Of a DNA stretch of 64,000 nucleotides, positions 46,601-61,515 are shown in pieces. Positions within the stretch are counted from its first letter, which is position 1. Each line of letters begins with the position of its first letter. The stretch comes from Amphiscolops sp. MND2022 (taxonomy: Eukaryota): positions 38,750,001 through 38,814,000 of the forward strand of contig OZ076412.1 in NCBI GenBank assembly GCA_964187785.1, read 5' to 3'. The notes below the pieces were generated by a model. That model saw nothing but the letters and a program-made list of their open reading frames with translations. It ran no database searches and was not told the origin of the DNA. A program made the translations under genes and the position numbers.

Positions 46601-48896
46601 TGGAGACGACCAATTGATCGTACTTAGATTATATTCCGAAGTTCAGCAAGCAAGGCTCAGTCGTAATATCTATCGATAAGTTGTTTTCTGCATTGTTCTC
46701 TTTGTCGAATAAATAAGTTTGAGGACTATTGCACATTTCATTACTTCTGGATTCGAAGTAACAAACAGTAGATAGGTTTGGCATTAAAGCGTGAATATCT
46801 TGATTTGCCGAAGCTTGCGCGTTGAAACTTCAATGCGACCTAACGTCACATCCTTGGATATTTGAATTTCCAAAATTAATCTTCATATCAAGGCTGTAAT
46901 GTTGAATAGCAAGCCGTGAACGGCTCATGTCGGCGCCCCGCTCAATGTTCTAAAAGAGTGAGTGTTTTGAATATGCGAAGGGGGACCCTATTGCGAAAAT
47001 TTTATCAAATTTGCAGCGCCAAAAATACTGAAAACATCAAATACCCAATTTTTACATTGAAATGTCGAAAATTTTTCTTTCCGTAAAAAGTCTCACAGTG
47101 CCGAAAGACCCAAAAGGAAACCCGTAACGTTCGCATAACGCTTTTTTCCAGCCCAATTTTTTTTCGAAAAGTCGCTTAGTTCCGAAAAAACCCGGGTCTT
47201 TACGAGTGTTGCTTCATACCAAGTTGAGGGGTAATTTAAAAGCGGAAATATTGCTCGAATCAATTCGGCTAAGAACAATGATAGCATTTGTATTGTATTC
47301 TTAGTCCAGTGCAATTGATTTTCTGCATACCCTGGCCAATGTAAAGCACTTTCGACGTTGCAGGTTTTAGAGCGCCTCAATTGAGTGAAGCTAATTGTCT
47401 TGTGTTTCAGCTACTTTTCTGGTGCGCTTCGTGGGAATGTTCTGGCTGAGCAATGGGCTATCACAACAATGCAGATGCCCAACACTCTCAGGATCTCACA
47501 ATGTGTAAGATGCTCGTAACTATTATTTTTCACCTATGCTTCAAATAGGAAAGAATTAATCTCGCAGCTGGGGATTTTTCCCAAGGAGTATTATATATCG
47601 TCCGGAAAGTATGAAAGTATTCGAAGAGACGACTCTGTGAGCCTAAAAGGACTTTTTTCTAACTGAAAACATTTTTAAAACTTGAGATTTTTCACCGGTG
47701 TTGGGTCATTCTTCATGATTTGACAAAGGTTATAACAAACATGAGGGTGAAAGTCAAACGCGCATCTCAAATTTTTAGCGCTATCTATGATCATTGCGCT
47801 CATTCATCTTTTGTCTACAGAACGTGGACAATGTTAGATGAAAGAACTGGCAAGAAGATCACGTCAAAGAATTCTGGAGCTGTCGACGCAAGAGCATTGA
47901 TTGAGAACTCCATGAAGAATCTGGAGAAAATTTTGGACAACGAAGAGCTATTTCCATCAAAATATGGTTAGTGTGCTAACACATTACGTAGTTGCCACAA
48001 GCGTCTGTCTGGTCACAAAAACAGCCCCTGAAATTTGCGAATCGAAGAAATCTGCAGGAGAGTTTTTTAGTCGGCGCCTTTTCCCTTAAAGAAAAAAGCC
48101 CGACTCTTACAGTGAGTAGTTTTTTTTTAGTTGACAATCTCACTCTGAGTGGTCCACTTTTCTTACAATCTTTGTTCATTTGTTCACATTTGTTCAACTA
48201 ATTTTCTGAGAAGCAGGAGATCGTGGGTTCGATTCTCGCACTAAACCACAAATTTTTTTATGCTTCCAAAAGTAGATGCGAGACCAAAGGTTTTTTTCGT
48301 TTCGTTTTTTTTTTGTTTTTTTTCGGCACTATGCGACTTTTTTTTTCGAAAATTTTCGGATTCTATCAAAGGGTACCCCCTTGCATTTTTTTGAAGTTTT
48401 CGGTTTGTAAAAACGTTTAATGAGCCTGAATGGCCTCTTTTTGAGTTTTTCGGCATTGTGCGACTTAAAAAAATACTTGTTTCGAAAAAAAATTCAAAAA
48501 TAATTTTTTTGAAAAATTTTTTGCAAATGTTTCCAATAGTTGTTCCTTGAATATTTTTGAGCCTTAGATATGGCGCCGACTTGAGACGATCCCGTCTTGT
48601 TTAATATAATCGAGGGAAATTCAAAAGGGCGGAAAATTATGAAATGGTTTTCTTCAGGTAACCAGTTCAATGGGGACTTTGAGAATCTAGTGAAGAGATG
48701 TTGCCGATCCATGTATATAATGGTGTCGCACGTATTACACGCTCATCATGTATTCCTGTCAGAGAACAAGATTGATTCGTCTTTCATTGACTTGTTCGCT
48801 TACCTCATCACTTTCGTGCGCGAATTCTCACTCATGGACAGAAAGGATCTGCCTGCTCTGGAGCAAGTGGAGTTCGCCCTCAGTCGATGGAATTGA
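43610..48896 (+). CDS. MOB kinase activator family gene (MOB2-like), join(43610..44231,47411..47504,47821..47966,48658..48896), 366 aa
   Basis: VQLPRGFDKLEWLAYH, CPTLS, TW..LDE, KILDNEELFPSKYG, FENLVKRCCR..SHVLHAH and FVREFSLMD match the MOB core. All three introns are GT-AG with compatible phases (1, 2, 1); total 1101 nt. Confidence 0.85.
48063..48601. mobile_element. HINE-like repeat copy within the last MOB intron
   Basis: Same end motifs and an internal B-box GGGTTCGATTC. Close inverted copy at 54564-55058. Confidence 0.65.
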
Positions 48897-51800
48897 TGAG
48901 TGACAAAGAAAGGTAGAAGATACGACAAGACTGTCCACAGAATTACCCCGCTTCCTTCCTTATCTCTTCAACTTACCTCCACCCCTATGCTAACGTAGTT
49001 TGATCATCACTCCACCTAGCCGCTCCTGCTCGGCCGCCGCCTACGCGAAGACAAAACAAGCCAAGCCCCTACTCTACTATTTAGTCACCAATATCTCAAA
49101 TGTCCCACAACTTATTTAGTTTATAAAGACAACCAGTGTATTAATGATGTTGGAAGACGACGTGTTAGACCTTCAGTGGACAACGCAATCTGCGGAAAGC
49201 GATAATAATGTCAAAAGGTTAATGGGTGAAGTTGATGGTGTCATTATAAAGGCACAAAACACTTAGTTTTGATTCTGAGCGGCGCCCATATTTTTCTGGC
49301 TTGACGATGACGTAACGTGCGTCACTTGCTCCTTCTCCTCACCTCTGCTTTAGCTCTAGCGATTAGATTATTTTGCAGATAATAGTTTACATAGACAATT
49401 AAAAACTTTTTTGTTATAATTAATAATTGATGACGATAATGATGATAATAATGACCACGTTGTAAATCAACCTGTTGCTCTAAGGCAGCAACTTTTAAAC
49501 GACTAATTTCAACGGCAATCCTTCATCTACCGAATTCAAGTTTTGTGTAAAGAATCTATTTGGCCAAAAAACATATTGACAAAATTTCCCTTCAGTCAAC
49601 AAAGAGTAGGAATTAGTTTTTTGGGAAGATGTATCTTCGGTAAGAACTGGCTGCCAAAATTTTTTTCAATTTTGGAAAACGTTTTCAACGGCTTAATGGG
49701 CCCTGACGGCAGACATTTCATTTTGAGATGCTTCAACGAAAAAGGTGTTTTTCGATTTTGGGCGATGAAGGATTGGTTGCTGCAGACGTGAAATGGGATG
49801 AATTGACTTGACAAGGGAAGCCACAGTTGAATGGTGCTAAATGTAATTGTTTGTTCTGCTGTTAAATGTAATGTACTTTATATTTAATCCATACAATACT
49901 TAAAATGTACTGAGAATCGAATCGAATCAATTACAGATACATTAGATAAGGTACGGTGCTGTTTATCACAAAATCCACTCACGTATTGCAACACATAGCT
50001 TCAAAATATATTTTTCATCCGGCTCGTTGTTTTCAAACCGCGTTCCTCCAGTTAAATACAATATGTATCACGTTTTGTTATGAAGGGATATGAAAGCCGG
50101 CAGACTCTGATGTATCTCTTCCGTAGCCGAAAATGGAGTTTCCTATTTTTTTGTCAATGTGTGGGTACTTAATATTTCTACCTTAAGATTCGTTTATATG
50201 AAGCTTCACTATTACACTGACCAGACCTACTTTTTCGGTATTTGGTCAAAGTCCAAGTTAGTATCCTAAATTGCGGAATCGTGATTAGCAACGGTCACAT
50301 AACGATAGCGTCCGTGCTCTAAATGCTGGAGCGAAGCGACGTGCCACTACTTTTCCAGTAATTGGCTTTTAAGGCCGAGTGGAGGGGTGCAAAGCGCCCC
50401 GAAAGGATGAAGGCTGAGTCATACAACCGATGTTTTGACTTCATTTTAAGAGTTTTTAACTTAGATTTTCGTCTAGATTTTAACTTACGGGACTTTAACT
50501 TGGAAAATTTTGACAAGTAACCATTTTTGTTATACTGACGCGGAACCATATCCCAATCTTGTTTACATAGCTAACCTCCGAAGGGTTTTTAAAATACGCT
50601 GAAAGCGGTTTCTATGAGAATTTTGAAAAGTTTTACAGTACCGAAAATTACTCTGAGCTTGAAATGTCAAAAAGCGAAGAAAAGACCATCCTGTAAAATA
50701 GGAAAATTTTCTAATAACGCGACACAGTGACCCAAAGTCATCGGGCGGTACCCTTTGCTATTTTGTAGTTTAGTGAATCATGTAAAATGCAAAAACCCTT
50801 TGGTCTCGATTAGTGCACTCTAGATATTGGGCTAAGATTTTAAAAACAACCTTTCAGAGTGGAAATTTACATATAAAAATTCTTGCCACTGTAAATGTCA
50901 AGCACTTTCATTGTAAGGGTCAGGCACTTTCAAAATCTTCATTTACTAGTATCATTGCTTCTAGTTGGAAGAAGTTATCCTCCGTTACTCAAGTGTGGTT
51001 GATTTACCCTTCTTTCGCAAAATTTAAAAACAGTGTTTGAATATTGGAATTGGAAGTTAATACACTTGACGGAGTGTTAATACACACTTCCACAAACTCC
51101 AAGAAATATTTGGAATTTATTCGGGACGTTTTGCAGTTGCACTAAACAAGCATAAGAAGCTATTGATGTTTTTCTTCTCTAAAGTGAAATTATAAATTTA
51201 GAAAAGCACAATAACAGTAAACACACAACAGTTTTTCGTTCTCTTGTTTCAAAAATGTATTTTTTTTGTTTTCGATCAAAACCGCCAGGTTTTAGGTTCT
51301 TTCATACTGCGGGTTTCAACAACTAAGCTTCTCAGAGATGGCTGGGTAAGTTTTACAAAAACAAAGTCCTATTTGATGCGCCATGGACTATTGGTGCTCC
51401 TTTGAAATCTTTCACCTCTTCCGAAAGGCATCTTGTCCCAGGGCGCTGTGCTACTCGACTCGTCTTGACAATTTCACAATTGTGTCAAAAGTACCTGGAG
51501 ACAAACATCGATGATAAAACGGGACTTGAAAATTTTGACGGAAATGAAAGTTTTGATCTCAAAAAGTTCTGTTGAAACACGTATCAATGCCGAAAAGACG
51601 GGGATCATTTGAAGTATGTTAGTTAATCTCAGCCGTGTTCGTGAAAAAATGTAGAATCACATTGCCAGCACACTTCCATGTAAGATTTTAGGATTGCAAA
51701 CGTAGCTCTCCGTAGTCGAAACCTATTACCAAATCACTAACATTGAATCAGACATGTTCGATGGAAGAAAGATTGAGCTGTTGAAATATTTTCAGATATC

Positions 51801-52789
51801 GAGTTCTATTTTGATAGGCGAGGCCGGTAATGCTTCAGAAGAAGAGTTTATTAGTGTTAATTTTTGCTCTTTGGTTTTCATTTACATTCCGGAGAAGGAC
51901 TTGAAATTTCCAAGCGTTTGAATTGGAATGGAGCTGAACTTGGATGGTGAAAATAGTCAGCTTTGTTGAAAGATTTCAGATTCGATTGAGACAATTTGAT
52001 ATGAATCAATTTGTTCAATCAATTAAAATAAGAAAATCGAACATTCTCATTTATTCATTTGTAAAAAATGACCGCAAAGGCAACTGAAATCAGCTGCAAA
52101 AAATAGTGCGTTGTTTCTGAGGTAGCAGGGGTTTCAAGGAATAAATAAAATTACTTGGCAATACTTGCATTGTCGGCTTCCTAGTCAATCCGTCAATTCA
52201 ATTTCTTCATGCTTTTTTCACTTCCATAATTGCCAATTTTTAAAAAATCTTTGAAAATGCTCGAAAAATTTGAAAATGATAGAAAGAAGTTGAGTGATAC
52301 TGAAAGGAACTATATATTTAATAGCGCCCACTGTGTGAGCTACGCAACTTACCGCGCATGTATAGCGGTAATTTCAAAGATTTAAACATCCTGTCACGGA
52401 GAAACTCTTCAAAACCATTCGAAAAATTTCGAACAGTGTAAAACAGCGCTAAAACTGGGATTCTTTTGCAATTTTTAACATCCAATGTTGCAAAGCCAAA
52501 AAAATTGAAGGGTGAAAAAAATTGGTGGGAAAAAATTTTCAAAAATGTCCCAGAATGCGGAAAAAACTGAAAGGGAGACTCTTTAGTCTCCCGGTATGGT
52601 ATGTTACGCGGAAAAAGAAGAACCTTTTTGGTTCAGTTCGCTAGGCCAAATGAGTCAAATTGGGACCATAACATTGTGTAGAACTTTTAATAACTATTTT
52701 GGTCAGTTCGTGTGGATTGAAAAAAGTAACTATAATAGTCGCGTTTCACTTCATGAAGCGCCGACTAAAAATAAAATCCAGGGACAAAT

Positions 52790-55700
52790 ACTGGTGGACA
52801 TGAAATAACGGAAACAACAAACAAAAAATGGAAAGATTGGTAACCGAAAGAACGGATATAACATCATATTCAGAATGTACTGGATGATAGTCTTCAAACT
52901 AACCATTGTGAGAATACGATTGGTCGAAAGCAGCCAATCAAAAAAAGTATTCAGCAAATCGGAGAATTTGTTTGAAGACAACCGAACAATAAAAGATACT
53001 GAAATGAATATACAACTGAAAACCGGAACATTACCCGGAGAAACAAAAACAGACTAATACCATTACCCCTACAAAACGACCAAGAACGAGACCTAGAAAA
53101 ACGGATCAAAGCTGGAAATCTGGAAACTTACAATAATGTGGATGGAGACTGTTTTGTATCATCGATAGTGATCAAAGTATGGGACAAATCGGTAGAATTA
53201 GGTATTGCTTCGCTGGAGAATAGTTGCATAAAAAGAATACCTCATTTGCCGAATTTGAACAAATTATTAAAACAAATTTTGGTGGAAATAACTCGAGACT
53301 GAGCAGTGAAACAAATCAATTGAAAAATTGATTTCGATTACGGATACGGACAACTGAAAATATCCAAAGAGACGAGAGCCGACAATGCGGTTTCGCAATT
53401 GCCGGGCAAAATGCAGTAAATTAAATACTTGCCTGAAAAAAATTTTATGGTCTTGCCGACATACTCGTCGTATTAGAAGAAAAAGTTGACTGAACATTAA
53501 ACAACTACACACCGACTAGGCTAGACTCTTCGAACTGTTATCAAAACTCAAAACACTGGCTATCGAGCAAGCAAAACCACCCGAAGTTTTTTAAAAAAAC
53601 AAACAAAATGGTTTGGACTCGATATAGGTGAAGACCGGAATAAGGCGACCGAAAAAAGAAATATTGAAACCTATGTCACTGGAGAATACAAAAGAAGTAA
53701 GTTTTTTTTCTCGGAGCACAACAGCACCTAGCAAACGTCCTACGAAAAGCTTGGGGAAAGACCGCGAGACTCAGAAAGGTATTGAAAAAGACATCGTTGG
53801 AAATGGGCAGACGACGAAGAGAACGAAGCCAATCAAACAAAATAAATCTTGACAAAGAAACCCTGTTTAGCACAATGCGCAAAAGAAGGAGAACAACGTT
53901 ACGACGCATTCAAGCAAACCGGACTGGGTATTACATGATAACAAGAACCACCAGAGAACTGCGATGTTGAGCCGCCGATCGCATATAGTGGCAGTTATTC
54001 AAACGACACCGAAATGAACTCAATCGGAGTACTCGAACATTTACCAGTAGTATGGAGTTTTCTTTTTCTACCTATAAATGGAAAGAGAGTACGCCTTTAC
54101 ATGAAGAATCAAGCATTTGAACCGTTCACAAACGGAACCGAAGCAGTCACTAATGAAGTGCTTAATTACCACGATGGTTAAAATGGAATTCATTTTGATA
54201 ACACAGTCCAACCCATTGCTGGTAGTATCCTAAATTATACCAGCTTTCTCAGTGCATATCCGGCAGGCGGAGGCGTACCGGCCGACAAATTTGACGAATA
54301 GTATGTATTCACCATATCAACTGAGCACGCAGAATTAAACGCGAATAACGGCTCAGTATTTGGCAAGCAATCAAAATGCAGAAAGTGCGCATCTGAAACA
54401 CAGAAGATAAATTTATCTGAGAACAAAACTGAGAAAAACTTCAAACAATCACCTTCAAGTAGAATATTCCAGAAAAATCGCGACGTGAAAGTATTGAAAC
54501 GAGTAAGTTCTTCACACTCGAGCAGTCCGAAATCGGCAGAGCTAACTCAAGTTCAGCTATTGAAACAAGCCGGGATCGGCCCAAGTCGGCGCCATATCTA
54601 GGGCTCAAATATATTCAAGGAACAACTATCAGAAAGATTTGCAAAAAAATATTTTTCAAAAAAGTATATTATTTGTTAAAAAGTCGCACAATGACGAAAA
54701 ACTTGTAAAGAGGCCATTTAGGCTCTTTAATTGTTTTTAGAATCCGAAAACTTCAAAAAAATGCAAGGGGGTACCATTTGATAGAATTCGATAATTTTCG
54801 AAAAAAAGTATTGTTTCGAAAAAACCCAGAAGGGGAACCCTTTGGTCTCGCCTCTACTTTTGGAAGCATAACATTTTGTGGTTTAGTGCGAGAATCGAAC
54901 CCACGATCTCCTGCTTCTCAGAAAATTAGTTGAACAAATGAACAAAAGATTGTAAAAAAGTGGACCATTCAGAGTGAGATTGTCAGCTGAAAAAGAAAAA
55001 AAACTACCCACTGTAATACTCGGGCTTTTTTCCTTAAGGAAAAAGGTGCCGACTAAAATGAAGTTAGTGCAACAAAACGCGAAACTTTTCACTAAAAAAG
55101 AAACTTTTTACTTTTGACACCTGTTGAGCCACTGTAAATGTATGCTTAATATATCATCCGCAGACAAAAGAATAGCCTGGAAACCAGTAGATTAGTGGAA
55201 CGGAGAAAGGCACTGATGGGGCCCAAGAAAATTCGGAGACGCAATGATCCACAAACAAAAATGACGGTATTTGCGCTGTCCAGAACGATTAAAACAAGCC
55301 AAGAGGCAATCGTAGAACTAGATGCGGAGCTAACCCATTGAGCAAATCAGATAGGAGGAAGATACTGGCTGCTCCGAGAAGATGAAGCCGAAGCTCCGAA
55401 GGAAGGCGACTGGATGTCAAACAAAATACGGTAGACACCGAAAAAGAAAGTGTTAGGATGCAGGGACAATTGGCCAGGGGAACAGTTATGCGGAAGAAAG
55501 ATATAAACGTGTTTTCGAAAACTGATTTCAGATATTGGTCAGAATTATTAGCATTTTTAGCACATCAGAAGCCGAAAATTGCATAGTTTGCCTGTCGGTA
55601 AGGTAGGTTTTACCATTCACATGGTGATGGGACGGACCAAAGAGACTCGACTTCGAAAACCAAGTCCACGACGAAGAAAACTCCGACCAGTTATCCGTTG

Positions 55701-56480
55701 AACTTTGTTGAAAAAAGACACGACCGTAAAGCATAAGAAGGTAGGTTCCAATCAAATTTACGAACGGCAATGAGCGACATCGAAAACACTGAAAGCACAC
55801 CGGAAAAATAATTCACGAAAATTTCATGTCCACTGTTTCAGAGTGAAAAGTAGAACCTATGGGAGGCGGTGCAAGCGGTATCGAGCAAAATAACTCCGAA
55901 AAACCGTCATTGTGTGACCGGCTGTGAAGGAAAATACGAAAATGTGACTAGCTCCTCGGGGATATTTTGAATGACAAACTAAAGGTCGTCCACAAAAAGA
56001 AACCCGAAACGTATTGTGAGAAAAAATTTGACAACGAAGAAGATGAGGATTTGCCTGAAGAAGCCGGGTAAGCATATTCCACTTCCGAAAGAGACGGGAA
56101 GTAAATGTCAATCGGAACTGATCCAAAGAACGATGTTATTCGAATTCATACCAATGAAGAAATTCCACAGGGTCGGAAGTAAATATTAAAACATCTGGCC
56201 GAAATGTTAATAGACCGAACAAATACGGTGACAGACCATATTATTGATGCTTTTTGAGGTAACTATTCTATCTGCTCTGGTACAGGCCTTATATGAAACT
56301 GAACTAAGAGAACCCTACAACAAATCCATACAGAAGCCAGCCGACTTCTTACAGGGAGACATCACACTACCCGATACATCAACTTTCTAACAGAGATGCA
56401 TCGGAGAGAGAAGAGGGAATGTTATACCGTTCTACCGTCATGACCTTTACCGAGTTTCGGTTGTAGGCATTACCTGCCTA
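52790..56480 (+). pseudogene. Decayed Ty3/Gypsy LTR retrotransposon pol region with PPT and start of 3' LTR
   Basis: Translated fragments DCFVSSIVIKV, CIKRIPHLPNL, KIDFDYGYGQLK and FYGLADI (RT); DA...TGLGIT and SNDTE.NSIG.LE..VVW (RNase H). Purine tract ggagagagaagagggaa at 56403-56419 is followed by TGTTATA. Confidence 0.7.
54564..55058. mobile_element. HINE-like repeat copy inserted into the Gypsy remnant
   Basis: aacaagccgggatcggcccaagtcggcgcc...ggtgccgactaaaa. Confidence 0.65.
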
Positions 56481-59087
56481 CTTTAGACAAAATCCCTTTA
56501 TGTTCTTAAATACTTAGCCTGAGTTGTATTCTCAGAAGGTATTATTTAAATATTTCTGTTTTATACCTGAAGCCTTAGATTAAAACAGAAACATCCAGAA
56601 ACATATTCAATTCTCTTAAAACAATAATTTTACGGTGTGAAATATAAAATAATTTGTTCATTTTGACCTTTCTGTGATGTTTCTTTTTTGACAGTGTTTT
56701 TAGAAAACGTGTCGTTGTCACAGAAGTGTCAAAGGATTGAATCAAAATTGCCAATATTGTATCAGCTTTTTTCGTTACGAGTAGCGGTTTCTGAGGTATT
56801 GCGTCATAAATTTCGTGAAAGGTCAAAATCAAAAATTAGCCCATTGATGTATATCGTGATTTTTTGTTGATATCGTACCAGAAATTATCATTATATAGCT
56901 ATTCGAATATCGAGAGTTTTTCCCCTGCCAACTGGATGTGCAAAAATTCGACATGTAAAACTGCTTGTTAACGAAAAGTAGTCTCTTCAGCATTCCGGCA
57001 CCCTCTGTATGTGTAATAGGAAGAGGAATTCATTATGCTCGGTTCGGTAGGGAATTAAAAAGTCTATATGATAAAAATTGACCGTGCTAAATCGACCTTA
57101 TCTGGCTGTTGTAAAATGTTAGTCACGGTGGGACCATGAAGACACGGTCCTTGACAAAAACGAAGTGAAAAATCCAAAACTCAATTCATTGTCTTGAGAC
57201 TTTGAGTTTTAAAAAGATTTTTTTGAGTGATAAGTCCAAAATAAACTTTTTAAGTTTACACTACTTTCAGACCCATACACTGCTAGTGTAAACACTTCGG
57301 CTTATCGAACGTTTACACTGATGAAACCAACTTCACTCAGAAAATCTCTCATGAGGGGCGATAGCCTAGCGATAAGAACGCTCATTCCATATATTTCGAG
57401 TGATATGGTCAGTTTAAATCTAACCAACACCAATTTGAACTTCATTTTTATTCTTTTCGGATACAAAATTCATTGTTAAACAGTTGTTCAAAATACGGAA
57501 TTGATCTTAACCGCTTTTCGGATATCAGATTAGATAAGCAACGAGAATTGTTCAGAATGAATAAAATCAAATGATAGACTAAACTTGAACAAATTTTTTA
57601 TGTTGATTTGTACTAGTTAAAAAAAGTTGAGATTCTTGCAAACAAACTTTTTTTATTTAGCGAAGTATCAGAGGATAGCATGGCATAGTCAGTCAAACTT
57701 CATCACCTTACTAACCGAAACATGTTCACAATGATGACAGAAAAGCCAACTGTACTGAATACTGAATATAGAAATAAGCACTTTACAAGGATCTTACAAA
57801 ACTAAAAACCCTTAGATTTGAAACAAAAACGTTTACGAAAAGAACACAGTACAACTCAATACCGGACACGATAATGTTGGCACGAGCACAACAGGTGAAA
57901 GACGAATCATGTCAGAGAATGGTTAAATTCGCTACAAGACTGAAGAGAATTCCCTCCCAATTACCGACTATGCAGATTTTGCGATGTATCAAACTTAAAT
58001 CCGTCAAACAAATGCCCTGCACAAGAATCACTTTGGAATAGCTGCAGATCGAAAGAAAATACATTTCCTGAAAGCTTGTGAAGAAAAACATTCAACGGCC
58101 ATCCAGTGAGAAACTCACCAAGCAGAAGAAGCAAAGAAACCGAAGACTTACCGAGTGAGTCAGACAAAAGCCTGCCGAACACGAAAAATGAAGAAGATGG
58201 AAGGAAGAGAACACTTCACGGCAGAAATCACAGCCGGTCTAACAAGAGACACAGAATCACCAATAACGAAAATACTGCCGACAGAAAAAAATCAAAATGA
58301 CGGAATTTCTAAAAATAACCAATCCCATATTCAAAACATATACAAGAACTGGAGACAAATTCAGCGAAATTCTGATGGGAAGTTCCCGGGGAAAAATTAC
58401 CTCGAATTTTCTAAAAAGTCAAATAGTGTGGCTTATGCTCAGCATCTTGTAGAAACGTAAGATATCGAACAACGAAACACGAATACGGACTACTCAAAAA
58501 ATTAGTTGACTGATTACGAGAAATACAATTTCACCAGGAAACTACTCGATAAATATAAATACCGGGGTTTAAACAAACATTTCAGTAGATCTGTTCAGCA
58601 AATGGCCCACAGCAAAAATCTGCTAAACTTCCGCAACCAAAATATTGAACATTTTAACAGTAAGTTCAATTTCTACGGAGAACCGGAAAAACCGAATCTG
58701 ACAGAGGAGCCTTTGTATCAAACGAGCACAATCAATTTTTCAAAAAACTCTGGGAATTTTTTTCTGCGAAGTGGGGGAGATCTAGGTTAAAAAACTGACA
58801 TTGTCAATTAGACGGAATGTTCGGAAAATGGGATAGGATACTAAAAGACATCAAAAAATCATACAGAATTGGCAAAATCAAGAATCCGACAGAGAAGACA
58901 AGACGATGAAGAAGATAAAAGATCAGAATAAAACGGAGAAAGCAACGAAAGTGATATGATACGTACGGTAGCATACTATACTGTGGATTCTTTTAAGGAT
59001 GAAATGACTACACGCGAGAAAAGGCAAACTGAGAGCATCCAGAAACCAGCTGATTTAATATCTTGAACGCGCTTTCATGTGAAACCG

Positions 59088-59181
<94 letters not shown>
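59088..59181. repeat. (GATA)20 microsatellite followed by a short (GA)n
   Basis: Counted directly. Confidence 0.97.
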
Positions 59182-59878
59182 AATGCTATACTGTTCATCC
59201 TCTACTGAGTTTCGGTAATGTCATTACAACTATACTGAGTTTCGGTAATGTCATTTCAAAAAACTACAAAAACTGTTCACGAACAGTAGAATATTATGAC
59301 TAAGAACATAATGACTTCGATGTTGGTATGTACTAGCCAATTGAAGTTGAAGAGATTCTTGGCAACAAACTGTGTTTTATTTAACCATGTACCAGAATAC
59401 AACATGTATAATGTTGAGAATTCTAAGAAAACGTACTTCTATTGGATATAACACGTTTTCTGAATTTGTGTGCGTTTTGTGCGTTTTGCCAGATATGATG
59501 GTTGTTTTGTACGGAAAAAACCTGATAAAATATTGCTCTCATCTAGGTTGGGCGATAATTCGTCCCAAGCGACTATTCGTCCCAAGCGACAGTTCGTACC
59601 ATTTGTAAAAAGCGACAATTCGTCCCAAATTGTTCAATTGATAAGCTAGTTAACAACCTTTTGAATTTACAGAAGTAAACAAATAGTTCTAAAAGTAGAA
59701 ATTATTGAGTATTGCATTTTACGTACTAGTCTTAAAAAACTGAAGAATGTGAAAGAAGATTATCCAATTTGCCAAAAAGAGGTCCACATCATTTGAGACG
59801 AATTGCAACTTTTAATAATTGGGACGAATTGTCGCTTTGTTAAAATAGGACGAATTGACGCTTTTTAGAGTTTAGGAC

Positions 59879-61515
59879 TGTCGCATCCCTCGAGATGCGA
59901 TGGTTGCGTAGCGCAACCGTGAGAAAGGAACGCCTTAAGAGTCTCTGCAAAGGAACATTTTAAACTCCACTGAAACTCATTCGAATGATATTTCTTTTGA
60001 CTAGTCATGTAAATTGTTTGTTTGTAGTGAAGTTCCTTTTAAATTGGTTTCCTAGGTTTCTTAAAGAAGCTTGACTCATCTAGATTTCATTCATAAACGT
60101 AACATATGTAGAAAGACTTCATAAGTATGATCAATCTGAGATTTTGATTGCTCATTATTTGTAATAATGCTACAATTAGGTCAACGAATAAGCGTCAATG
60201 AGCGTTTTCAAATATCAAAAACTGTCATTATACACAAAATGACCTTGCGAGCATGCGTCATTATACGTTTTTTGAATATGCAGTATTATTCGTTTTGAGA
60301 TGACCAGAATATACGGCAACATACCTTTTGCCATTTTTAATATACGCTATCATGCGGTTCTTGCACTAATGAATATGAGTCAAAATACGCTTTGCGAGAT
60401 AAAGCCATAAGCTGCTATACGGATTGAATCATGATGTATATACATTATTATTCTTGTGTGTACATAATGTTCACGTGCATTATACGCCAACCTGCGGTAA
60501 AAGAATTACAGAATATACGGTGTTATGCGCTTTTCTCATAAGAATGCGATAAACGAGTGTTATTTAGTGTTATATTGTTCTAGTGCATTTGTATGCTATT
60601 TTCCAATACTTTTCAAAGGTACCTGGACCATTCAATCATATTTGTGATCATATGGAGGTGCTATAAATAGAATGATGCAACGGTGACGTTTTCCTATTTT
60701 TAAAATCTCCAAATTTTTGATGATGTTTGTAAAAGTGACTGTCATGTTTTTTATATTTTGAGATAAGGATCAGGAAAGCAAAACACAACGAAACTAATAT
60801 CCAACACGAGCAGTTGGTACCTTTCTCATCATTCCTGTAAACTATCCCTTAAACTTCCACTGTTCTTCTCAGTTTCTGTTTTCCATTTGAAAACATAATT
60901 CAAATTCTTCCCCAACAAGTATAATCTGTTTTCCACTGAGCAATATGGAAAATAAGAGGAATCGAAGGTCGAGGAGATTAGCAACCCCATCTCCCGACAG
61001 AGAAGTTAGAGAGACAAGAATTGATTCTTCAGAATCAGGTAATATAACTTTAACTAATTCTAACCTAAATGTTCAAGAAAGTTTAGGTGAACCTAACTTA
61101 GAGAATCAACTAAGAGAACCCAGCCAGATTAGCGACGAAATACAAGTTTGGACACAGATTGTTGAGCGGAAAAATACTGAAAGAATTAAAAATATGAGAG
61201 AAGAGATGGAAAATAAGCTAGAAGCAATTCTGAAGGAAATAAAATACAACAAAAGTGCATCAACAGTAACAAGTCCAAGATCAGACGTAAATGAAATACA
61301 AGAACCACAACCTTCGGGATCCAGGACAGACCCGTCTATAGGAGTTCACGCATCTAATAACGAAAACTCAAATTCTGAAAACGACGATTATCCTCTTAGG
61401 GCTTCAAAAATGAAGGACTTAAAGCATCCTGCTAAACCTCTATTCAGGAGTGAATCGGATGTATATGTTACTATACATTCAGATGAAGAGTCTGATATAG
61501 AAGAGGATTATCACA
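59879..61515 (+). mobile_element. Solo LTR (1637 bp)
   Basis: TGT...ACA termini with a 5-bp TSD AGGAC at 59874-59878 and 61516-61520. Removing it restores the host module aggacgaattgtcgc. Confidence 0.8.

Noticed and set aside
57800-59000. Additional Gypsy 3' fragment with purine tract at about 58770
   Set aside because: Too degraded to confirm catalytic motifs or boundaries.
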